Positions 11,979-24,507 of a DNA stretch of 64,000 bases are shown here, piece after piece (the stretch's first letter is position 1; the number at the start of each line of letters is the position of its first letter). A program made the position numbers and the translations under genes. The stretch comes from Malacoraja senta (Eukaryota), in the NCBI GenBank assembly GCA_038087875.1, contig CM075996.1, forward strand, positions 5,272,001 to 5,336,000, read 5' to 3'. Below the pieces are notes generated by a model, which saw nothing but the letters and a program-made list of their open reading frames with translations, was not told the DNA's origin and searched no databases.

Positions 11979-14490
11979 AACATAGAAACATATAGAAGGT
12001 GCAGGAGGAGGCCCTTTGAGCCTGCACCGCCATTCATTGTGATCATGGCTGATCATCCACAATCAGTAACCCGTGCCTGCCTTCTCCCCATATCCCTTGA
12101 TTCCGCTAGCCCCTAGAGCTCTATCTAACTCTCTTTTAAATTCATCCAGTGAATTGCCTTCTGTGGCAGAGAATTACACAAATTCACAACTCTCTGGGTG
12201 AAAAGGTTTTTTCTCATCTCAGTTTTAAATGACCTCCCCTTTATTCTTAGACTGTGGCCCCTGGTTCTGGACTCCCCCATTATTGAGAACATTTTTCCTG
12301 CATCTAACTTGTCTAGTCCTTTTATAATTTTATACGTTTCTATAAGAATCCCTCTCATCCTTCTAAATTCTAGTGAGTACAAGCCGACTCCAATCTTTCC
12401 TCGTATGACAGTCCCACCATCTTGGGGATTAACCTCGTGAACCTACGCTGCACTGCCTCAATAGCAAGAATGTCCTTCCTCAAATTAGGAGACCAAAACT
12501 GTACACAATACTCCAGATGTGATCTCACCAGGGCCCTGTATGACTGCAGAAGGACCTCTTTACTCCTATACTCAAATCCTCTCGTTATGAAGGCCAACAT
12601 GCCATTAGCTTTCTTCACTGCCTGCTGTACCTGCATGTTTACTTTCAGTGACTGGTGTACAAGAACACCCAGGTCTCGTTGTACAAGGACACCCACTTCC
12701 CTTTTTCCTAATCTGACACCATTGAGATAATAATCTGCCTCCTTGTTCTTGCCACCAAAGTGGATAACCTCACATTTATCTACATTATACTGCATCTGCC
12801 CACTCACTCAAGCTGTCCAAGTCACCCTGCAACTTCATAGCATCCTCTTCGTAGTTCAAACTGCCACCCAACTTTGTGTCATCTGCTAATTTGCTAATGT
12901 TACTTTTAATCCCATCATCTAAATCATTAATATATATTGTAAATAGTTGTGGCCTCAGCACCGAACCTTGCGGCACTCCACTCGCCACTGCCTGCCATTC
13001 TGACAGGGACCTGTTTAATCCTACTCTTTGTTTCCTGTCTGCCAACCAATTCTCTATCCATGTCAATACCCTACCACCAATACCATGTGCTCTAATTTTG
13101 CCCACTAATCTCCTGTGTGGGACTTTATTAAAAGGCTTTCTGAAAGTCCAGATACACTACATCCACTCCTTCATCCATTTTACTTGTCACATCCTCAAGA
13201 AATTCCAGAAAATTGGTCAAGCAGGATTTCCCCTCATAAAGCCATGCTGACTTGGACGAATCCTTTTACTGCTATCCAAATGTGCCGTTATTACTTCTTT
13301 AATAATTGACTCCAGCATCTTCCCCACCACCGATATCAGGCTAACTGGTCTATAATTCCCCGTTTTCTCTCTCGCTCCTTTCTTGAAAAGTGGGATAACA
13401 TTAGCTACCTTCCAATCCACAGGAACTGATCCTGAATCTATAGAACATTGGAAAATGATCACCAACGCGTCCACAATTTCTGGAGCCACCTCCTTGAGTA
13501 CCCTGGGATACAGACCATCAGGCCCTGTGGATTTATCAGCCTTCAGTCCCATCAGTCTACCCAATACTATTTCTCGCCTAATGCAAATTTCTTTCAGTTC
13601 CTCTGTCTCCCTAGATCCTCTGTCCTCTAGTACATCTGGGAGATTTTTTCTGTCTTCCTTAGGGAAGACAGAACCAAAGTACTTGTTCAACTATTCTGCC
13701 ATTTCCTTGTTCTCCATAATAATTTCACCTGTTTCTGCCTTCAAGGGACCCACATTTGTCTTTACTAATCTTTTTCTCTTAACATACCTAAATAAGCTTT
13801 TACTATTCTTCTTTATATTCTTGGCCAGCTTACCCTCGTACTTCATCTTTTCACCCTTTTTGTTACCTTCTGTTGTCTCAAAGTTTCCCAATCCTCCGGC
13901 CTCCCGTTCCCCTTTGCTATGTTTTACACCTTTTCTTTTAGTTTTATTCCATCCCTAACTTCCCTTGTCAGCCACGGTTGCCTCTTCCTCCCCTTAGAAT
14001 CTTTCTTCCTCTTTGGAATGAAATGATCCTGCATCTTCTGGATTATGCCCAGAAATTCCTGCCATTGCTGTTCCAGCTAAGCGTCATTCCTGCTAAGATC
14101 CTTTTCCATTCGATCTCTCATGCCTTCATAGTCCCCATTGTTAAACTGCAACACTGACACTTCTGATTTAACCTTCTTCCTCTCAAATTGCAGATTAAAA
14201 CGTATCATATTATGGTCACTACCTCCTAGCGGTTCCTTTACCTTGAGTTCCCTTTATTAAATCTGGTTCATTAGACAACACTAAATCCAGAATTGCCTTC
14301 TCTCTGGTAGGCTCCAGTACAAGCTGCTCTAAGAATACATCTCGGAGGCACTCTACAAACTCCCTTTCTTGGGGTCCAGAAATAACCTGATTTTCCCAGT
14401 CTACCTGCATATTGATATCTCCCATAACCACGGTGGCATTACCTTTGTTACATGCCAATTTTAACTGCTGCAACTTGCACTCTATATCCA
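11979..14490 (-). mobile_element. 5'-truncated, frameshifted CR1-type LINE (endonuclease end, RT, 3' tail), nested in a Rex1/Babar tail
   Basis: VMGDIN..LEQLVLEPTREKAILDLVL; WKVANVIPLFKKG..NYRPVSLISVVGKMLESII; GVPQGSVLRPQLFTIYINDL..LADDTKLGG; RSHLEYCVQFWSP. The host repeat reads tggctcggtt|gtaatcatg across the insertion (compare 44560-44580). Confidence 0.95.
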
Positions 14491-17400
14491 GTTGTAATCA
14501 TGTATAGTCCTTCCGCTGACTGGTTAGCGTGAAGCAAAAGCTTTTCACTGTACCTCGTTAAACGTGACAATAAAATAGATGAAACTAAACTACCTGATCA
14601 GTGACTAAACTACCTAAACAACCTGATCAATTCCATCTACCGTGTCCCAGGTATGGATTTAAATCCTAGGTCATTTTAGGAGCTGTGTTGATTTAGTTTG
14701 TGTGTTCATTTTCCTTTGTGGGATTAGTGAATGATTCCAGGGATTTTAGTCTGCCCCTGATAAATCTGGCAGTACCCTAGGTGGAGACTGATTCAACTCT
14801 GGGAGTTTTAGTAGAAAGTGTTATAAAATCTAATCAAATATACTTGCATGTTTATTTCCTCTAAACCAGTCTAACTTGTTGAGTAATCAAGGATGCAAAT
14901 TCCAATAAACATTGGCAGCATGGAAACAGGCCCTTCACCCTTTTGTTTTGCTTGTCATCTTGCTGTATAATGTTATGACTATCGTGGGCAGATGGGTCTA
15001 GCTTAGATGAAGCATCCTGGTCAGCATAGATGAGTTGAGCCAAAGGGACTATTTCCTTGCTGTGTAACTCTGATTCTACCATGGGCAAATGTGACTAGCT
15101 TAGATGAGACATCTCTGATCAGTATGGACGAGTTGGGCTGAAGGGCCTGTTTCCTTGCTGTATGACTATTGCAGAAAATGGGGCTAGCTTAGATGAGGCA
15201 TCTCTGGTCAGCATGGACAAGTAGGCCGGAATGGACCGTTTCCTGGCTGTATGACTTTCGCACACCACTCCAGCTTTTTAGTGTGTTAATATAGAATGAA
15301 CGCTGATTATCATATGGAATCAAAATAAGTGAGTCTTTGCCAGGACTCATTATTAGATCTTGGTAGGTATTTAAAAAGGAGGTAATTTTATGAAAGTCTG
15401 CGGTATTGACAACTATGAAGAGACAATGCCAAAGAAAAGTTGAGTTCTAGGACAGATCAGCCAAGATCCTATTGAGCGGCAGGCTAGATGGCCCATTCCT
15501 GCTTCTGTTTTCCTGTTATATGATCATCTCCGTCAAGAATCAGTCCATTGTCGGAGGCACCATTCATGATGCCAGCTGGCGCGGTATTCAGAAAGCTCAC
15601 TAATCAGAAAAATGATTACTCGTCTGAGGGGAGAATAAAAACCAAGCCTGTCAACAATCTTCTTCCATCGAAACAAAGAACTGCAGATGCTGGTTTACTA
15701 AAAAGCTCACCCTGCTCACTCAGTAACAATCCAAATATTGATATCAAATTTGAAGATGGGGCCTGATCTGAAATGTCTCCTAGCCTTGTTCTCCAGAGAT
15801 GCTGCCTGATCTGCTGAGTTACTCCAGTCCTTTATTTTTGTTGTTGTAAACCAGCATCTGCAGTTCCTTGTGTTAAGGTGGTTCTATACTTTGGGGATGA
15901 GGTCAAGTTTGGCTCTGATATTTGGATAGCATTTTTTGTGTCCAATACATAGAGTTACATTTGTGAATAAAGGATAATTGTGTGAGGCTTTATAGCCATC
16001 ATTCCACGAGGAACCACTCCAATAAAGGAATAAGTGACTCTAGGAGAGAAAGGGTTGCAGTGAATATATGACCTCAGAATATTTAATATTACCTGCCGTT
16101 GTCCCATCTTGCACATCAGTAATTTCTTTCTCTTCACCATTAACAACAGTGCCTTCAATTGTGTAGGTTTTAAGCTTTCAAATTCACTCTGTAAACCCGG
16201 TAGGGCAGCGGTAAAGTTGCTGCCTTACAGCGCTAGAGATCCGGGTTTGATCCTGACTGCACTGTGCTGTCTGTACGGAGTTTGTACGCTCTCCATCTGA
16301 CCGCGTGGGTTTTCTCCGGTTTCCTCCCGCATTCCAAACACGTGCAGGTTTGTAGGTTAATTGACTTCTGTAAATTGCCCCTAGAGTGTAGGATGCGAAA
16401 GTGAGATAACATAGTGTACGAGTGATCGATGGTCGGTGCAGACTCGGAGGGCCGCAGGGATTGTTTCCTTGTTGCATCCCGAAAACTAAAACCCACTATC
16501 TTTCCAGTAGTGCTTAAAACATCTCTCTCTGACAAGCAGTTTATTACCAACCCTAATATGTGACTCATTCTCAAATGTCAACAATCTATGGATTTTTTGG
16601 CTGCAAATGGCTGTGTACTATATTTACATTAAGATGCTGGCATTGTTCAGTTGTTCTCGGAGATTTAAAATGCTACATATTTAAATCCTACAAATGTCTA
16701 TGACACTTTAAATCCAATCCAGTGAGAAAATGTAACCAGTTGACATTACTGCCCAACATGGTTGAGAACAGAAGATTGCTTGTTATCTGACTGATGTAGA
16801 AAGAAGAGTCTTAGTTTAGTTTAGAGATATTGCATGGAAAAAGTCCCTTCAGCCCATGGAGTTGGCACTGTCCATCGATCATCTGTTCACACTAGTTCTA
16901 TGTTATCCCACTTTGTCATCCAGTCCCTACACATTGGTGAACTTTTGCAGAGAGCCCATTAACCTACAAACCCGCACGTCTTTGGGATGGGGGAGGATAC
17001 CAGCACGGAGGGAACCCGCATGATCACAGAGAGAATGTGCAAACTCCACCCAGACAGCACCCAAAGTCAGGATCAAACTCGGGTCTATGGTGCTGTGAGG
17101 CAGCAGCTCTACCACCTGTACCACCATCTTGTATCAGGAGATGCAAGGTGGCTGAGGGACAGGGAAGGCTGCACAGTGCTAAAATACACTTTTGCATGGT
17201 CTCCTTTACTTAAAAGAGAAGCAGAATAGGTCAGTGAAATTGTCTTTCTAAAAGGAATTGATTATTCTCCGTTGGTTTTATATTGCAGAACTTAGATTCC
17301 CAGACGTGCGCTTGCAACTGAGGTGAGCCAGTGTTGTCATTTGGCCTGGGTGCATTGCCTGGGGAACACAACCTTGCAGCCTACAGCTTGACCTGTTTCC

Positions 17401-17782
17401 ATGTGCACAGTGGAGCAGGTATGAGTTTCACCGAGGCTCATGTATCTGGCCATTGCATATTAATTGTTACTCATTAGTTGATGAACTGCATTCCATTCCA
17501 TTGGCAAATTGCTCGCCAACTTTTACTCTCTGGGCAATGTGCTAAAGGAAAATAGACTCAAGGGTCAAGTCAAGTGTACTTAATTGTCATGTGTACCAAC
17601 AACGGAACAATAAATTCTTACTTGCAGCAGCTTAACAGGCTTGTAAATGCAATAGATAATTATAATAAATTCAATAAATTAATACCCACAGTACTAGTAC
17701 AAAAAAAAAAATCTGTAGTCCTCTATGCAACTACAGATAAACCTAGGTACCTGTACACTACATTTTTGCCATGCATACATTT

Positions 17783-18462
17783 CAGTAAAACCTCCATAAT
17801 GTTTGGGACAAAGATGCATCGTTTATTTATTTGCCTCTGTACTCCACAATTTGAGATTTGTAATAGAAAAAATCACATGTGGTTAAAGTGCACATTGTCA
17901 GATTTTATTAAAGGCCATTTTTATACTTCCCAAACATACTGCTAAAGCAACAAAGGAGTTTTTCCAAAGCTAAAAAAATGGTCAATTCCTGAGTGGCCAA
18001 GTCAATCACCCGATCTGAACCCAATTGAGCATGCCTTTTATATGCTGAAGAGAAAACTGAAGGGGACTAGCCCCCAAAACAAGCATAAGCTAAAGATGGC
18101 TGCGATACAGGCCTGGCAGAGCATCACCAGAGAAGACACCCAGCAACTGGTGATGTCCATGAATCGCAGACTTCAAGCAGTCATTGCATGCAAAGGATAT
18201 GCAACAAAATACTAAACATGACTACTTTCATTTACATGACATTACTGTGTCCCAAACATTATGGTGCCCTGAAATGGGGGGACTATGTATAAACACTGCT
18301 GTCATTTCTACATGGTGAAACCAAAATGTATAAAAATGGGCTTTATTAAAATCTGACAATGTGCACTTTAACCGCATGTGATTTTTTTCTATTACAAATC
18401 TCAAATTGTGGAGTACAGAGGCAAATAAATAAATGATGGGTCTTTGTCCCAAACATTATGGT
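17783..18462 (+). mobile_element. Internally deleted Tc1-family (IR/DR type) transposon
   Basis: About 130-bp inverted repeats (17794-17927 / 18328-18460); inner DR tgtcccaaacattatgg near 18247; frameshifted transposase C-terminus PKHTAKATKEFF..EWPSQSPDLNPIEH..RRLQAVIACKGYATKY* (17930-18215). Confidence 0.93.
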
Positions 18463-19056
18463 ATATAAAGGACAGCGACAGCTAAATAGCCAACATATTT
18501 CTCATTTTCACAGACCAAGAGCTAATAACAATAATTAACCTTGCAATTAGTTTAGCTTGGAGATGCAGCATGGAAAAAGGCCCTTCGACCTCCCGAGTTT
18601 AATCGACTATTCACACTAATGAATAATGAAAAATGGTCTCGACCCGAAACGTCACCCAATCCTTCTCTCCAGAGATGCTGCCTGTCCTGCTGAGTTACTC
18701 CAGCATTTTGTGCCTACCTATTCACACTAGTTCTATGTTGTCCCACTTTCTCATCCTAGGTTGGAACCCTTCTTCAATCCGAAGAAGAGCCCCGACCCGA
18801 AACGTCGCTTATCCAGTCCCTCCAGCAGTTACTCCAGTACTTTGTGTTTTAATCAAGCTTCCAGCAACTGCAGTTCTTTCTGTCTCCAAGGTGTCACTCG
18901 AATGATCACTGTTTCCGAATCTTCATGAGAAAAGGACTTAAACCGATAATGTAAATTTCAATGTTAATTTTAATCTTCCTTTGCCCAGAAACAGAAATAT
19001 AGTTGTCTATTATACTTGTGACTGGGAAGAATAACGCTTCTCATTGACTTGTGCAG

Positions 19057-19368
19057 AGAAGGATGAGGATAAAGAGAAGACTGTAGATGAAGCTGCCAGC
19101 AGCACCATGGCAGTATCAGCTTCCCTCATGCCAACCATCTGGGACAAGACCATCCCTTATGACGGGGAGACCTTCCACCTCGAGTACATGGATCTGGACG
19201 ACTTCCTGCTGGAAAATGGCATCGCGAGCAGCCCAAGCAACCTGGGCCTGCCGGATGCTCTGGAAAATAGCCTCTTGTCCGTGGCAGATCTGGACGAGAA
19301 GGAGATGGCTCCTGCAATGCCCACGCCTGCTTGTAGAAGCGTGATATACCCGACAGCAAACTGCAACG
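19057..19368 (+). CDS. TEF: TEF internal coding exon (equivalent to exon 2), PAR-bZIP transcription factor
   Basis: Acceptor gtgcAG at 19055-19056 and donor G|GTAGGT at 19369, phase 1 at both ends. Translates ..[47 protein letters not shown].., the PAR-family transactivation motif (TEF has [29 protein letters not shown]). Confidence 0.95.
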
Positions 19369-21233
19369 GTAGGTCCTGAATGGTTGCGATGTTAAATATT
19401 TGGTTTGATTGCTGTACCTCCTGAGAAACGGGTTCAAATTAAGACCTTTTCCTATAGATTCTAATGTTCCAAAGTGAAATACAGTAAACCTTCACTATTC
19501 CTGCTATAGTGGTGCCAAAGTAGCGGATTTTCCAGACGATTGGATGTCATCTTTCATATCACAAACGCTCTCTTTGTTTAACATGTTACACATTAGTATA
19601 ATTTCTTTTAACAGAGTGGGAAATATGCAGGCATTCTGGTATGCTTTAGATGTAGTACAGAGGAAGTCTTTTGATCAATGTATTTGTTATGGATATCCTT
19701 TGCCCAACTAGCTACAGTCAGATTGTACATTCACATATTGTCTTATGACATAAGGGAGACCATTTGGCCCATCAAGTCTCTACTGGCTTTCTGAGCAATC
19801 CCATCAATTCCATCCCCCTACTATTTGTGCTGTAGCTCTTATTAGTATATTTAAGAGATACGGCATGAAAACAGGCCCTTCGGCCCACCGAGTCCACGCC
19901 GACCATCGGTCACCTGTTCACACCAGTTCTATGTTATCCCACTTTCTCATCCATCCCTATACTCTCTGAGATGCCCATCAAATGTACCTGGTCTGTCCAC
20001 CCACCTGCATCAGGAGTACTTTGTAGTAACTGCTTAATCTACCATGGATCCATTGTCAGATCCTATACAGTCTAAAAGCTGCTGCAGAGTTTTGAACAAA
20101 CAGCAGGAAACAGCTCCTTTGACCCACCAAGTCCACACCCACGGATCCTACATGAAGCCCATATTTTATTCTCCCTATCAACTCCCCCCACACATCCATA
20201 CGTATTGAGGGCAGTTTACAGTAGCTAATAATCAGCAAACACGCACATCGTTTTGATATGGTTGGAAACATCATGTTGGGCATGGACATTGTGGACCGAA
20301 GGGCCTGTTCCTATGCTGTACAGTTAACACCCAGAGAAAACTCACACGGTTACAGGGAGAACATACAAACACTACGCAGACGGCACTCAAATTCAGGATT
20401 GAACCCAGGTCTCTGACGCAGTGGCTAGTAGCTGTACCACCCTGCCTTTTGTTTTTTCTTTTCCCTTGCCCTCTGTTCCTGGAGGAAATACTTTTGTCAG
20501 TGCCATTTTGTTTAGTGTTTTGCTCCTCCATAACAGAGACAGTGCTGAGGATAACATCCCTAACCTAACTGTCTGAACAATTTACAATTGCAATGACTTC
20601 ACTTGAGAATGTCGCCGAGCTACAAAACCATTCAAATGGCCAGGTTTACCATATCTTAGGAATTACATTTCATTCAGTTAGATCTTGTCATGTATATTGA
20701 TATAGTTTTGATACTGCATAAATTTGTTCATAACAAATGTTCTCTGTACAATTACTATGAGGTGCAAGATAAAGCTAAAGAATCACAAGCAGTTCTTTTA
20801 CAAATCATTCCTTTTGTCATACAGTCTTAGAGAAACAGGCCTTTCGGCCCAAATTGCCCACATCGGTCAACATGTCCCATTTACAGTACACTGATCCCAT
20901 CTGCCTGCATTTGACCCATATCCCTTGAAACCTGTCCTATCCTTGTAAACATTGTGATAGTACCTGGTTCAACCATCTCCTCCGGCAGCTCGTTCAATAC
21001 ATCCACCACTCTTTGTGTGAAAAAGTTACCCCTCGGGTTCCTATTGAATATTTTCTCTCCCCCCCCCCCCCTCACCTTAAACCTATGCCTCTGGTTCTCG
21101 ATTCACCTACTCTGGGCAAGAGACTCTATGTGTCAATCCGATCTAATCATCTCGTTATTTTGTACACCCGGTTTGTATTAATCTTGTAAAGTTACGAAAG
21201 GGATATTTTATATAATCCATCGCATCGTTCTAG

Positions 21234-21457
21234 ATTCTGATGGAGACGAGTCCGAAAGTAATTCTCCCACCTCAGATGACACAGAGGCGATTGATGTGTT
21301 GGTGAACTTTGAACCAGACCCTACCGACCTGGTCCTGTCTAGTGTTCCTGGGGGAGAGCTGTTCGATCCTCGTAAGCACAAGTTTTCGGATGAAGAACTC
21401 AAACCGCAGCCTATGATTAAAAAGGCTAAAAAGATCTACGTTCCACCTGAGCAAAAG
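21234..21457 (+). CDS. TEF: TEF internal coding exon (equivalent to exon 3), PAR domain
   Basis: Acceptor ttctAG at 21232-21233, donor AAG|GTATCT at 21458; phase 1 in, phase 0 out. Translates [93 protein letters not shown] is TEF-type rather than HLF/DBP-type. Not in the ORF track. Confidence 0.95.
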
Positions 21458-22379
21458 GTATCTGTTCAATGACCAGTGCTGCCACCTTGCGAGTCAGCCG
21501 GTAGGAAGCTGTTCTTGTGTCACAAGCAAAGATACTAGAGGAGCCATCTTTGATCACAAGTGTCTTGCTTATTCCTGAGCCATAAGGACTTTAGGTTGTA
21601 ACAAACCAAATAGAACAGCCTGATCAGGCTATGGTGAAGCAAGTTCATTGTGGGAGTAGCCGAGACATACAAGTTAGACATTGAGTGTGGAAAGGTACTG
21701 CAGATGGTGGTTTATACCGAAGATAGATACAAAGTGCTGGAGTAACTCAGCCGGTCAGGCAGCATCTCTGGAGAAAAAGGATGAGTTAGACGTTGATCTC
21801 TTAAGCGTTTTGCGGACTCCAAATCGGCGCCGAGCCACCAACATCGACGGAAACTGTGCCACCGAGAGTGAGGAGGGACTGAGATGGTGGCACAGCAAAA
21901 GCAATGGGGGAACCCGGCGGAGGGTTGCTGAAAACAACGGGGGAACTGAGCGGGGTGGATTGGAGGGGGTCTGCTGCCACGTGCATCGGCAGGCAGTAGA
22001 TTGTACTGTTTGGTACTTTCGTAACTTTCTTGGTGCCAACACTTGGCGACAGATGTGTACTGCCTAGGTTGTGTGCAAAACAAAGCATTTCACTGCACCT
22101 AGGTACATGTGACAATAAAGTATCATTCATTCATTCAAAACTGACGCGGTCATAGGGAGAACGTGCAAACTCCGTACAGACAGCATCCGTAGTCAGTTTC
22201 GAACCTGGGTCTCTAGCCCTGTAAGGCAGCAATTCTACCGCGGTGCCGCTGTTCCGCCCCTAGGTAGCTTACAACCTAATTGATTCTTCAGTTTTAGGTA
22301 ACGGCCAACCCCAATGTTTTCCTCTTTCCCCTCCACTCTTTCTTGACTCCGGTACACAACCATCCTTGCCCTGGGTGTG

Positions 22380-23229
22380 GGTGTGGCGGCGCCTAACGGC
22401 AGCAGCTCGACTGCAGTCTGTTTGTCTTTTTTTTATTTTTGTCTCGTTAAATGTAGTTGTTTGTGTTTTTTTATACTGTTTTTAATTGTGTATATGTTAG
22501 GGGCGGGGGAGGGGGAAACTTTTAAAAATCTCTTCCCTGCACGGGAGACCCGACCTTTTCCCTGTCGGATCTCCGTTGTCGTTGGGGCCTAGCTCCGTGG
22601 AGCGGCCTCCGACCGGGACGACCTGGGGGCTCCAGTCGCGGAGCCTGCGGAGCTGCGGACTTACCATCGTGGGGCTGGCCGGCCTCGGAGCGTGAGGAGC
22701 GGTGGTGGCTCGCTGCTGCCGCCCGACTCCGGAGCTCAAGCTGCAGACTGGTTGACAGTGATATCGGGAGCTCGCGGGTCCGGGTGAGAGACCGCTTTCC
22801 GGAGCTCCCGCAACGCAACTTCTCCCGCCCGTGTCGCGGGGTTGGAACGACCCGGAGCGGGGCCGTAAATTGCCCGGCGCGGCTTTAATGGCCGCGGGAT
22901 ATTCCAGCGCCCGCCGGGGGCTCCAACTTTGTGACTTTTGGGCCCGGAGCGAGGCAGTACACCGCCTGGCGCGGCCTCAACGGCCGTGGGACTTAACATT
23001 GCCCGCCTGGGGCTTCAACATCGGGAGAAAAATGGTGCAGGGGAGAGAAAAGACTTTGCCTTCCATCACAGTGAGGAGGAGATTCACTGTGATGGATGTT
23101 TTTTCTGTAAATTGAATTGTTTGTGTGTCGTGTAGGAATTGTTTTGTTGTATGGCTGTGGAAATGGAGTTTCGTTTGAGCCTCTTTGAGGTTCAAATGAC
23201 AAGAATAAAATCTAATCTAATCTAATCTA
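22380..23229 (+). mobile_element. GC-rich non-autonomous retroelement with LINE-like tail and (TCTAA)n end; relatives at 34640-35310 (-) and 43605-44473 (+)
   Basis: No credible ORF; shared blocks ggacttaccatcg and gccttccatcacagtga..cactgtg(a/g)tggatgtt; ends aataaaa(tctaa)n. Confidence 0.65.
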
Positions 23230-23571
23230 GAACAGTCCCCTTCCACCCATCTCCCTCTTTCTGGCTTTACATTTCACTCCACTTTCAAACCTCTTCTCTC
23301 CTTATCAACACCCCTTTTGTCTCCTCTAAACTCCATTTGTCTCTTTTTCATCTATAGCTATTGTTCACCTATCTGCCAATCAAAAAATCCCTCTCATCCG
23401 TATCCACCTATCACTTGCCAGGGAAACAATAACACAACGTGCTGGAGTTTCTCAGCGGGTCAGGCAGCATCTCCAGAGAACATGGATCTGTGACATTTCG
23501 AGTCGGGACCCTTCGTCAGACCAGGCTTTGTTCCACCCCCACCTCTTTTCCAGCTTTCTATCCACTACTAC

Positions 23572-23613
23572 AATCAGTCTGAAGAAGGGTCCCAACCTGA
23601 AACGTCACTGATT
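23572..23613 (+). ncRNA. Minimal type I hammerhead ribozyme motif (PLE-associated)
   Basis: Stem I AATCAGT/ACTGATT (7 bp); core CTGAAGA 23579-23585; stem II 23586-23598; GAAA 23599-23602; palindromic ACGT; GTC triplet ending at 23606. Activity unknown. Confidence 0.6.
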
Positions 23614-24291
23614 CACCTCCTCCAGAGATACTGCCTGACCCACTAAGTTACTCCAGCACTTTGTACTATATGTACAATTCCAGATCTGCCTTACAGCCGG
23701 GTTTGATCATGACCATGGAAGCTGTCTGTACAGAGTTTGCATGTTCTCCCTGTGATCGTGTGGATTTTCTCTTGGTACTCCGGTTTCATCCCATATCCCA
23801 CAGAGACGTGCAGGTTTGTAGGTTAATTGGCTTCTGTAAATTGCACCTAGGATAAGGGTACGTGTGATTGTAGGTCAGTGTGGACTCAGTGGGCCAAAGG
23901 GCCTGATTCCATGCTGAATCTTTTAATATAACTAAACTAATCTGCAGTTCCTTGTGTCTATAAACCTATAAGGAATGGTGAAAATAAAACCAGCTCCCTA
24001 AACAGTGTAAGAAGGAACTGCAGATGCTGGAGTAACTCAGTGGGACAGGTGGAATCTCTGGAGAGAAGGAATGGGTGACGTTTCTGGTCGAGACCTTTCT
24101 TCAGACTGATTGTAGTAGTGGGGAGAAAATTGGAAAGTAGCGGTGGGAAAAAGCCTAGTCTGAAGACGGGTCTCGACCCAAAATGTCACCCATTCCTTCT
24201 CACCAGAGATGCTGCCTGATCCGCTGGGTGACTCCAGCATTTTGTGTCTAACTCCCTAGACAACACTGTTGATCCATGTCCTTGTTTTAAG

Positions 24292-24507
24292 GATGACCGC
24301 TACTGGACAAGACGCAAGAAGAACAACCTGGCGGCGAAGCGGTCTCGGGACGCACGGAGGCTGAAGGAGAACCAGATCACGGTGCGGGCTGCCTTCCTGG
24401 AGAAGGAGAACTCGGCCCTGAGGCTGGAGGTGGCCGAGCTGCGCAAGGAGGTGGGACGCTACAAGAACATCATCTCCAAGTACGAAGCCAAATACGGAAC
24501 CTTGTAA
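24292..24507 (+). CDS. TEF: TEF last coding exon, basic region plus leucine zipper
   Basis: Acceptor ttttaAG at 24290-24291, phase 0. [71 protein letters not shown]. Adjacency to TOB2 also supports TEF. Confidence 0.96.
   Translation, partial: DDRYWTRRKKNNLAAKRSRDARRLKENQITVRAAFLEKENSALRLEVAELRKEVGRYKNIISKYEAKYGTL

Noticed and set aside
17289..17418. Exon-like segment (ttgcAG acceptor; donors at 17323 and 17419) as a TEF upstream exon
   Set aside because: Lengths of 34 or 130 nt break frame, the ATG at 17401 gives phase 0 while the next exon needs phase 1, and there is no TEF similarity. Could only be non-coding or cryptic.
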